From: Synechococcus sp.
GTDB lineage: Bacteria; Cyanobacteriota; Cyanobacteriia; PCC-6307; Cyanobiaceae
Length of the DNA stretch: 64,000 bases
NCBI GenBank assembly: GCA_047285535.1
Contig: JBJBDC010000001.1
Location: 1,184,136 to 1,248,135 of the forward strand
Direction: 5' to 3'
This document shows positions 19,501 to 26,297 of this stretch, one piece after another (the stretch's first letter is position 1; each line of letters starts with the position of its first letter). The position numbers and the translations under genes are program-made. The notes under the pieces are model-generated. The model saw only the letters and a list, made by a program, of their open reading frames with translations, was not told the origin of the DNA and made no database searches.

Positions 19501-22217
19501 GGAGACAAAAGAATATTGACACCCGCGGCGATGGCCTGATCACATTCACCACTAGCAATGCTTCGACACGCCAAATGAATGGCTACCAATGAGGATGAGC
19601 AAGCCGTATCAACGGCGATGGATGGACCTCTCAGGTCATAAATATAAGAAAGTCGATTGGCAGCAACGCTATGGGCATTACCAGTTCCGGTGTAAACGGT
19701 ACTTGAATTCTGTCCATTCAGTTGAGAGTAATCACTGCTGCTGATTCCCACAAACACACCACTGCGTGTACCAGACCATGACTCGGGCAATATCGACGCA
19801 TTTTCAAAAGCCTCCCAGGATGTCTCAAGCAGCATCCGCTGCTGCGGATCCATTTGATCTGCTTCGTTAGCAGCAATCCTGAAAAATCCTGAATCGAAAC
19901 GATCGACACTATCGAGATAACCACCAACTTGACTGGCAGCTTGAACTCGGAAGCGCCCTGATGAATTCAGATCAGAAGTTTCAGCGTAGTTAACAACTCC
20001 AGTGGCTCCATTGTTCAGAAGCTTCCAAAAAGATGCAGGAGACGAAGCACCAGGAAAACGACAACCAATACCCACAACTGCAATGGGTTCATCATGGCTT
20101 TTCGTGGATGTTATTGGCTGTTCAGGATCTTCGGCAAGTGCATCATGGACTAAGTATTTAACTATTTTTGAGATTGTTGGATAATCATAAGCAAGAGTAG
20201 GACTAATATTAGGAAGCGATTCTACGGAGAATGCCTCTGTCATCCAATCCTGGAGGTCAGCTGTAAGTCGAACTGCCGCAAGCGAGTCAAGCCCAAAAGA
20301 AGCGAGTGGCTGATGAATATCGATCTGATCAGCTGCAATTCCAAGATTCTCAGCAAGGTAATTAATAAACCAATCATGAAGACGACGTTCTTCTGCTGAA
20401 AATGCGAGACTGCCAGGAACTACACGTACTTCATCAAGTTGAAGCGAAGATTTATTGGCTGAAGATGGAGCTGCAGAATTTTGAGATTCAAGGGCTTTAT
20501 TTCCCCAAGCTCCAACAACATTTAATGCATTTTCAAGGTATTTCTGACGGCAGGCATAACGCTGTATCTTTCCACTTGATGTCTTAGGAATACTTCCAGT
20601 CTTGAGCAAAACAATGGCAGAGGGAAGTAGGTTATGTGTAGACACCACAGCCTCTCGAATGGCCGAAATTAGGGATGAAGAGTCAAGGCAACGCAAGGCT
20701 GATCTTTCAACTTCCTGAACGATGACGAGCTGTTCTCCAAGAGCAGAGTCTTCGACGGAAAATGCTGCGCCACAGCCAATTCTCAAACTAGGATGAGAGG
20801 CTTGAGCTGTTGCTTCAAGATCCTGTGGATAGTGGTTTTGTCCTCGAACGATAATGAGGTCTTTACGACGACCTGTGATAAATAATTCCCCTTGATAGAA
20901 AAAGCCTAGGTCACCAGTACGAAGATAGGAATCTTGGCTACCCTCAAGATTGCCCTTGAAAGTTGAAAGACTAAGTTCATCTTTTTTCCAATAACCTTGG
21001 GCAACACTGTTACCACTAACCCAAACTTCACCGATTCTGCCATCTTCCAGAAGCGTACAACTCTCTGGATCAGCAACAACAACCACCTGATCTGAGACCG
21101 GAACACCGCTACCTACCAGCGAAGACATTGAGGCATCAGAAGTTTGAGGAACCTCTAAAGCAATATTTTTTGACAATAAATCACTATCGAAATGTCGAAC
21201 AACTGGAAGGCCTGAACGGCTTCCTCCAGTGACAATTAACGTATTTTCGGCCAACCCATAACAAGGCAGAAATGCTTGTTTTTGAAAGCCACATTGCGAA
21301 AACGTTTTGCAGAATTTTTCAATCGTCTGAGAACGAACGGGCTCTGCACCGCTGAAAGCAAGAGACCAATTCTCAAGATTAAGCGCCTCAATCTGTTCGG
21401 GCTTGATTTGCTTCGAGCAAAGGTCATAGGCGAAATTAGGACCTCCACTGGCTACGGCCTTGAAACGAGAAATTGCGGATAACCAGCGAAAAGGGCGTTG
21501 CAAAAAGGCAACGGGAGGCATCAAAATCATCGAGGCCCCAATAAACAGAGGCTGAAGGATCCCTCCGACGAGCCCCATGTCGTGATAAGGCGGAAGCCAA
21601 GACACGGCAGTGGCACCTGCCTCAACACCAAAACATTGATTAATGAACTGCGTGTTTGAGATAAGATTTCCGTGTCCAACCATCACACCTTTGGGCGAAC
21701 CTGTAGACCCAGAGGTGTACTGAAGAAAAGCAAGATCTTCGGGATTTATATTTTTATATGTCCATTGACTTGCACTTTCAAGATCAACACTATCCGTGGC
21801 AATACAATCTATCTGAGGACAATCATCATTGGATATATGCTTTCCAATAGAGTCTTTCAGAGATGATGTCGTCAGAGCGATTGAAGCCTGAGCATCCCGA
21901 ATAATCAGATTCAGGCGCGTGACAAGTTGAGAAGAGCGTGGCGGATAAGCAGGAACTGCTACAACGTTTGCGTAAAGACAACCAAAAAAGCTCGACACAA
22001 ATTCGAGGCTTGGATTATATAAAAGAAGTGCTCTCTTTTTACTGAGTCCTCGTGCTAAAAGACTGGCGGCAATTGCACGGGCCCTTTGATCTAGTTCTGC
22101 AAAAGACCACCGATCAGTTTCTGTTTCCCCGTCCTGCAAGAAGGAGAATGCAAGTCGATCGGGGTGAGCAGCAGCCCTCTCCCGCAGCAAATCGACGAAT
22201 GAGGAGAAGACATGCAT
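13554..22217 (-). CDS. ols: Olefin synthase-type type I PKS: FAAL-ACP-KS-AT-KR-ACP-sulfotransferase-thioesterase
   Basis: FAAL: LQYTSGSTGSPKGV, WLPPYHDMGL, CYGLAE, LRTGDLGF, IPKTSSGKIQR. ACP1: FGLDSL. KS: DPQQR, DTACSSSL, EAHGTGT, NIGHLE. AT: GQGAQ, GHSVGE, HAFHS. KR: GGLGAIG, HAAGVLHD, YAAANA. ACP2: SGVDSL. ST: SSPRSGSTLLRVMLAGHP, VDKSPSY, LRYEDLV. TE: HGILDQ, GHSFG, VEP, GGHHL. Confidence 0.95.
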   Translation of the reverse strand: MHVFSSFVDLLRERAAAHPDRLAFSFLQDGETETDRWSFAELDQRARAIAASLLARGLSKKRALLLYNPSLEFVSSFFGCLYANVVAVPAYPPRSSQLVTRLNLIIRDAQASIALTTSSLKDSIGKHISNDDCPQIDCIATDSVDLESASQWTYKNINPEDLAFLQYTSGSTGSPKGVMVGHGNLISNTQFINQCFGVEAGATAVSWLPPYHDMGLVGGILQPLFIGASMILMPPVAFLQRPFRWLSAISRFKAVASGGPNFAYDLCSKQIKPEQIEALNLENWSLAFSGAEPVRSQTIEKFCKTFSQCGFQKQAFLPCYGLAENTLIVTGGSRSGLPVVRHFDSDLLSKNIALEVPQTSDASMSSLVGSGVPVSDQVVVVADPESCTLLEDGRIGEVWVSGNSVAQGYWKKDELSLSTFKGNLEGSQDSYLRTGDLGFFYQGELFITGRRKDLIIVRGQNHYPQDLEATAQASHPSLRIGCGAAFSVEDSALGEQLVIVQEVERSALRCLDSSSLISAIREAVVSTHNLLPSAIVLLKTGSIPKTSSGKIQRYACRQKYLENALNVVGAWGNKALESQNSAAPSSANKSSLQLDEVRVVPGSLAFSAEERRLHDWFINYLAENLGIAADQIDIHQPLASFGLDSLAAVRLTADLQDWMTEAFSVESLPNISPTLAYDYPTISKIVKYLVHDALAEDPEQPITSTKSHDEPIAVVGIGCRFPGASSPASFWKLLNNGATGVVNYAETSDLNSSGRFRVQAASQVGGYLDSVDRFDSGFFRIAANEADQMDPQQRMLLETSWEAFENASILPESWSGTRSGVFVGISSSDYSQLNGQNSSTVYTGTGNAHSVAANRLSYIYDLRGPSIAVDTACSSSLVAIHLACRSIASGECDQAIAAGVNILLSPELTNTFQQAGMLSPDGLCKAFDEAADGYVRGEGCGVILLKRLSEAVKDSDNIVGVVSGSAITQDGRSNGLTAPSGDAQKRVVRDALHQARLKASEISYVEAHGTGTSLGDPIEINALRQIFSHGEQTQTPCWVGSVKTNIGHLEAAAGIAGVIKTLLAIQHHSIPPNLNFKSLNPLIKIDGTRIKIPTESVPWSDETKHAGVSSFGFGGTNAHLILSSPPAFPSSEQIDGLIERPFHVLTLTARSGEALDQLRLRYADLLDTSQQASADLRLSDLCFSANTGRSLLPNRFAWVGSSISELEQSLRSTQEGQIASTNAKHQSFEGEAPVVLPPIAFLFTGQGAQYLGMGRELYKTQPLFKQFIDSADSLLNQENHGDGLGISLPELIFGDASNHLLDETSAPLHQTRFSQVALFVLEVGLCRLWQSWGVHPDWLMGHSVGELSAACVAGVFNFEDGLRLVTARAALMGGVKTPGGMLSVFAETDHVLPIVHKHSLALVVAAFNGPTHCVLSGDLFSIDKLVDLLDQEGIVSRRLHVSHAFHSPLMEEMVEEFALVTRTINYSKPSIPIISNVTHEQIDDEIATADYWCRHVLEPVHFYQSVHGLIEKGVKTFVEVGPSPTLLKMAQSCFPYEKNIDKPSGRNLLWLPSLHPRHSDSLQILQSLAQLHCGGYVIDWSVFDQSFHRNRIPLPTYPWQHRRHWLKGLQSIPNLRRGSTAFESFSPELQLIEWHQESSQAIQDIHQCPQGQWIVLSSDSWAAAFAEHLPVGQSCCRITQARFVQQISDDHWELDATDQQHWDLLFSSLSSASEAQILGVLDISEPVFASEDIPVIAGSSRRHLALAKALLSFRSSLVAPRLWMIAASPTDGSVGQALQQGFARSLTLEHPDLVGGIIDLHDSLSPAAQSQLQSELQSELQQSRAGHEKELQISLCKGMRSVARLVPAQKLTSSLESRDLELPLRESLFAQDGAVLITGGLGAIGQELAQDLIHRGARSLILVSRSKADSEVQQRIEQWRFEGITIDLINGDVANPETIDRVIEVLDKSAQSLLGIFHAAGVLHDGAVHSIGFDRWDSVIRPKLLGAWNLHQLSLEKPVQFFILFSSAAAVFGSPGQSHYAAANAALDAFAIQRKELGLPALSINWGPWAAKGMASHPASKDTLQAAGLKTIRSSQALDLLSRMLQLSSVDANCIPPVVIAIDADWEQLCNTLQGRPQASFLKLFNSVENLSITDSGALTTTLESTKSRQEAGKDKLLKLPKDQRVAFFSNYLISTLNELIGDSDDSITSDTHLLESGVDSLMVMDAISRIQQDFDLMVYPREVYQHPRILDLSRYLANEFQRNHCVESQESLVEKSLKQTSLYSANRWWSEVKKPTVLVNKLPKACFILSSPRSGSTLLRVMLAGHPKLLSPPELHLLPFSTMKDRKEDLQLSHLGEGLQRLLMDIDSLSAPDSIRLVEQWEHDSLPVSDVYGYIQSRSDGRLLVDKSPSYAMNMSVLDQLEGMFEDLRIIHLIRHPLPVIQSFVKMRMDKLLGFEKEDPYVLAEEIWRHSNSNIQSLGQKLGSRQFISLRYEDLVASPESSLIPLCDFLEIPFDSALLNPYKGERLTDGLHQQSMGVGDPNFLQHQAIDSSLATNWQNLQLNHQLTRKSAELAEQFGYQVSGLPSQPDLRSISLQYQASTPRTEFSYQGIGGVQLRGCEWGPMDGIPVVCLHGILDQSLIWDLVAQPLAAAGLRVIAPDLRGHGLSQSMHAPGSYQLIDFISDIACLLDDRINQSAVLIGHSFGSILAAIIANLRPQKTRHLLLVEPVLPSPANENDSVSAIQTLLDYRKSTPQHPAMSSLNDAVSKLQKVMPRLSNEFAHLLAKRGTRSTHDGLIWRWDPVLQSRTCLNLQAGPVTRSSYIKLLADIGCPVTSLYGVESRFNRPEDLDDLRQALKYSRRFDVDGGHHLTIDSPASIVAEVLEATGLGDSIRSDRNLVGSQQRQH
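16755..16786. repeat. 12-bp in-frame tandem repeat (CTGAAGTTCAGA x~2.7) inside ols
   Basis: Read directly. Encodes QLQSELQSELQ upstream of the catalytic KR core. Confidence 0.8.
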
Positions 22218-22382
22218 CAAGTGGACTTTAAGACGTCGTTGGAGAGGCGAAATGCCCTTCCCAATTAGCTGGACATTGCACCCTGAACCCTAGTGATGAG
22301 CAGGCCATGAAGCTCTGGGCAACGATCAGCGGCATGGATTGTAAGCATTGCTACTGATAGTTGGATGATCGATTGACAATCT

Positions 22383-23195
22383 TCAGACTCTCCGTTCGTC
22401 TCCAGGAGGTGGCCAACTTGACGCCAACAGGCTTGTAAACAAACGAATCCAGTGCTCGACGAGTGCTGTTTCCAGCTGACGTCCAATGCTGGCATCTGCA
22501 CCACGACTGTCCCCCACAACCCCGGAGACGCTTAAGTCTGCCGTGAACCAAGCGAGAGGTGCAGGCCCTTCAAGACTCCAGCCTTCAGGAGGAGTGGCTG
22601 CTGCTGCCCTCGTGACATGATCACCGTCAACGGGCCGCTGAGTACCGACCAGAGAGGGTTCGAGAGCAAGCATCAGACTGGTTTCAGCCAGCCCCGCATG
22701 CAGACCATGCGCCATCTCGCTCGACGGGATAAGAGACCGGAGTTCTGCGACACCGCTCCATAGAAAACAGGGCAGAACAGCCATGGATGGCGTTTCAACC
22801 GCCAATTCTCGTGCAGCGGCTTGCATTAACCCAATCTGCCCACCATGGGCATTGAACAGCACCAAGCGATTGAGTCCCTGGGAGCACAACTGAGTCCCCA
22901 CCTCGATGATCAACTGGGTCATTAATCCAGAGGACAAACTCAAAGTTCCAGGAAAACCTGCATGTTCCGGAGAGAAACCAATGGATTGAGTGGGAAGACT
23001 CCAAATCGGTAGATGCTGCGGAAGCTTTGACATCACAGAGGACAGAATCCGCTCTGAGAACAAAGCATCTGTCGCCAAAGGCAGATGAGGGCCATGCTGC
23101 TCAAAAGCTCCCATTGGCCAAACCATGGTGGAGCCCGATCGCTGCAATTCAGCCCCGGCCTTAGGCCAGCTCAACCTGTCCAAGCGCCGCGTCAT
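22383..23195 (-). CDS. Creatininase family protein
   Basis: GAFEQHGPHLPLATD, GFSPEH..FPGT, NAHGG, HAGLAETS, SGVVGD. Confidence 0.93.
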   Translation of the reverse strand: MTRRLDRLSWPKAGAELQRSGSTMVWPMGAFEQHGPHLPLATDALFSERILSSVMSKLPQHLPIWSLPTQSIGFSPEHAGFPGTLSLSSGLMTQLIIEVGTQLCSQGLNRLVLFNAHGGQIGLMQAAARELAVETPSMAVLPCFLWSGVAELRSLIPSSEMAHGLHAGLAETSLMLALEPSLVGTQRPVDGDHVTRAAAATPPEGWSLEGPAPLAWFTADLSVSGVVGDSRGADASIGRQLETALVEHWIRLFTSLLASSWPPPGDERRV

Positions 23196-23281
23196 CGAAA
23201 CACCTAAGTGAGCTTGTGCAGTCATGGACCGTCAAGCCTCCCATTTCCTGCCAGACTGTCCTATCGAGGATATTTGAACCC

Positions 23282-24571
23282 ATGGCGGGATCAGGAAGCC
23301 AACAATCCATAAATAACAAGGGGCAAAGCCCGGCAGCTCAGCCGCCGCGCAAGCCATTGCAAGTCATGCATATCAGTCGCAAAGACGAACAGGAACGCCT
23401 TAGCCGTGAAGCAGAAGAAGCAAGGGCAGCCGCTGATGCGGCAACGGCTCGTGCTGTTGAACTAGAACAAGCTGCGCTAAGAGCACAAAGCTCACTAGCC
23501 AATCCTCCACTAGCTGCAACTGCGTTAAGGAAGCCCCCCGCCCTTAACGATGACGCTCAAAGATTTGATACCGATGAGCTCAGTGGAATAAGCATGGCAG
23601 ACCTGCTTGGGCCTGCTGACTCGAACTCAAAAGCCCAGCGGTCCAGCCCTCCTTCGACGAAACCCTCGAACCGCAGCGTTGACGACTTCGACTTTGACGA
23701 AGGGGCTTTTTTAGCCGCACTCGATGCCAATGAACCTGTTGGCACCACAGGAGAAGTCGTCACCGGAACCGTGATCGGAATCGAAAGTGATGGTGTTTAT
23801 GTCGACATTGGTGGCAAAGCCCCTGGCTTTATGCCCAAAAACGAATGTGGTCTCGGAGTGATCACCAGCTTGAAGGAGCGGTTTCCTAAGGGGTTAGAAG
23901 TCGAAGTGTTGGTGACTCGCGAACAAAATGCCGATGGAATGGTCACCATCAGCTGTCGAGCTCTAGCGCTGCGTCAAAGCTGGGAAAAAGTTAAACAGCT
24001 TGAGAAGGAGGGTAGGGTCGCGCAGGTCAAAATCACTGGATTCAACCGTGGTGGAGTGACCTGTGATTTGGAAGGCCTGAGAGGTTTCATCCCTCGATCG
24101 CAATTGCAGGATGGGGAAAACCATGAATCTTTGGTTGGCAAAACCATGGGGGTGGCATTCCTCGAAGTCAATCCTGAAGCTCGAAAATTGGTCCTTTCTG
24201 AAAAACGAGCAGCCACTGCGGCCCGCTTCTCAGAATTGGAGGTTGGTCAACTGGTTGAAGGGCACGTAGCAGCGATTAAACCTTATGGACTATTCATCGA
24301 TCTCGGAGGAATTAGCGGACTCTTACATCAGTCAGTCATTACAGGAGGCAGCATGCGATCCATGCGCGAAATCTTTGATCAAGGAGATGCTGTCAAAGCT
24401 TTGATTACAGAATTGGATCCTGGGAGAGGACGCATCGCTCTAAACACCGCAATCTTGGAAGGCCAACCGGGTGAATTACTTGTTGACAAAGAAAAAGTGA
24501 TGGAGGAAGCGACCGATCGAGCCAACAGAGCTCGTAGCGTCCTAAAACAACAGGAACAATCAGCTGGATGA
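23282..24571 (+). CDS. rps1b: S1 RNA-binding domain protein (ribosomal protein S1 homolog B)
   Basis: Three S1 repeats (GVYVDIGGK, GLRGFIPRS, YGLFIDLGGISGLLH) after a low-complexity N-terminus. Confidence 0.9.
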   Translation: MAGSGSQQSINNKGQSPAAQPPRKPLQVMHISRKDEQERLSREAEEARAAADAATARAVELEQAALRAQSSLANPPLAATALRKPPALNDDAQRFDTDELSGISMADLLGPADSNSKAQRSSPPSTKPSNRSVDDFDFDEGAFLAALDANEPVGTTGEVVTGTVIGIESDGVYVDIGGKAPGFMPKNECGLGVITSLKERFPKGLEVEVLVTREQNADGMVTISCRALALRQSWEKVKQLEKEGRVAQVKITGFNRGGVTCDLEGLRGFIPRSQLQDGENHESLVGKTMGVAFLEVNPEARKLVLSEKRAATAARFSELEVGQLVEGHVAAIKPYGLFIDLGGISGLLHQSVITGGSMRSMREIFDQGDAVKALITELDPGRGRIALNTAILEGQPGELLVDKEKVMEEATDRANRARSVLKQQEQSAG

Positions 24572-25482
24572 TTTCCGCCGAACAGATCCAGAACGATGGC
24601 AGCAAACCGTCCAACGCAATCCTCATAGGCGATTGGGAACTCGATTTCTATTCCAGGCCAATCCTGGAGGCAGATGGCAAAAAACGTTGGGAACTTCTGA
24701 TCGTCAGCTCACCGATTGAAGAATCAAACATCACCTTTTGCTTTGAAAAACGCTGTCCAGCCGGAAGCGTCAATTCAACCTGGTTAACAAGCGCCCTGAA
24801 AGAAGCCATTGCTGCTGCTCAAGACCAGGGATTTGCCGCTCCACGCAAGGTTCGTTCCTGGAGAAGCTCCATGCGAACAATGGTGCAGAGGGCTTCTTCT
24901 GAACTAGGACTCGAGATGGTCCCAAGCCGTCGAACCTATGCCTTGTTCGATTGGCTTGCTGAGCGTGAACAGAACGTTTACCCCAACGAACAGGGCTACA
25001 TGGCAGGGCCCCTTGCGCCACCGCCATCAGCCGTTCGAACCCCGCCTCGCCCTCTACCGGAGTCTGTTCGCGGTGATGCTTGGAATTTGGCCGAACTTGC
25101 AGCATCAAACTTACGAGAAGCAACAGCGTGGCCCATCGGTTTCCGAGGTCTGCTTCCAGTGCCTGAGACGATTAGCGACGATCAAGTCATCCCTGGGCTG
25201 CGCCTGTTCAGCCAAACCAGAGCATTAGCCTTAGCAGGTCTCCTTGGTGGTCTTGAGCCTGTACGCCTCAGGATCAGCAGCACCCAACTCCTATTGGACG
25301 CGGGTCAGGATGACTGTTGGCTGGTCAGCGATCTCAGCGCAGAAGAAGCAAAGGCGGTTTCCTCTCTGATGAAACACTCTGCAGATCATGCTGATGGCTT
25401 GCAATTCCTGGCTGTTCAAACCTCACCTGAAGCTAAGCGTTTTGAAGGGTTTTGGATGCTGCGTGATCAAGCTGAACCATGA
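24568..25482 (+). CDS. Tab2/Atab2 family RNA-binding protein
   Basis: WELDFYSRPILE.DGKKRWELLI, VPSRRTY, GFWML. Confidence 0.92.
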   Translation: MISAEQIQNDGSKPSNAILIGDWELDFYSRPILEADGKKRWELLIVSSPIEESNITFCFEKRCPAGSVNSTWLTSALKEAIAAAQDQGFAAPRKVRSWRSSMRTMVQRASSELGLEMVPSRRTYALFDWLAEREQNVYPNEQGYMAGPLAPPPSAVRTPPRPLPESVRGDAWNLAELAASNLREATAWPIGFRGLLPVPETISDDQVIPGLRLFSQTRALALAGLLGGLEPVRLRISSTQLLLDAGQDDCWLVSDLSAEEAKAVSSLMKHSADHADGLQFLAVQTSPEAKRFEGFWMLRDQAEP

Positions 25483-26297
25483 CCTCGGGGGCTAATCCTT
25501 TCAGCCAACCCGACACCCTGTTCAACATCCTTGATGGATGGACATGGGTGGGATGTTATGGAGGTTATTACCTCACATCGGACCCTTTACATGCTGCCGG
25601 GTTCGAGCATGGATTCTTCACCCGCCTCTGGAACAATCGAGGGCCTGATGTCTTGGCAGGATATCTCTCAGCTGGAGTGAGTATCCATCGCCCCCAACAA
25701 GTGCATAGCAACCGAGTTTTGAATGCTTCAGAAGCCTTCTGTTCACCATGGCCTGAGGCCGATGGTCTTGTGAGCGACCGCGGTGGACAAAGTCTTTGGG
25801 TTTGTGGTGCCGATTGCACCCCCGTCCTTCTTGCTGACCCTGCTAGCGGCCACGTCGCTGCCTGCCATGCAGGCTGGCGAGGTGTTGCCAGTGGAATCCT
25901 TCCTAATGCAATACAGCGTCTATCCACGAGGGGCGCTAAACCAGAACAACTGCTTATTGCCTTAGGTCCAGCGGTCAGTGGTTCTTGCTACCAGGTGGAG
26001 ACCGAGGTTGCTCAACAGGTAGGGAAAGCACTTCATTTTAATCGGGGTCTTGACCTCTGTGAAATGGAAGCTCTCAGCATTCTGCAGCCGGATCCCGATC
26101 CCCATAAGCAGCGTCTTGATATTCGTCTTGCCGCCCGAGAGCAACTCATACACTTCGGTGTCCTGGCTGAACACATCAGCATCTGTCCACTCTGCACCGT
26201 TTCAGAGCCGAGCCTTTTTCACTCCTGGCGTCGTGATCAGGTGAAAGCCGTGCATTGGAGCGGAATCGTTGGACAAGCCGCCACAGCCTCAGAGTGA
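25479..26297 (+). CDS. pgeF: PgeF/YfiH family (laccase-domain) protein
   Basis: QVHS, ADGL, ADCTPVLL, HAGWRG, GPAVS, CT...FHSWRR. Confidence 0.92.
   Translation: MTSGANPFSQPDTLFNILDGWTWVGCYGGYYLTSDPLHAAGFEHGFFTRLWNNRGPDVLAGYLSAGVSIHRPQQVHSNRVLNASEAFCSPWPEADGLVSDRGGQSLWVCGADCTPVLLADPASGHVAACHAGWRGVASGILPNAIQRLSTRGAKPEQLLIALGPAVSGSCYQVETEVAQQVGKALHFNRGLDLCEMEALSILQPDPDPHKQRLDIRLAAREQLIHFGVLAEHISICPLCTVSEPSLFHSWRRDQVKAVHWSGIVGQAATASE

Noticed and set aside
13554..22217. PKS as a fragment of a larger curacin-like secondary metabolite cluster
   Set aside because: It has its own FAAL loading module and no other PKS/NRPS or tailoring genes are adjacent, which fits a stand-alone Ols.
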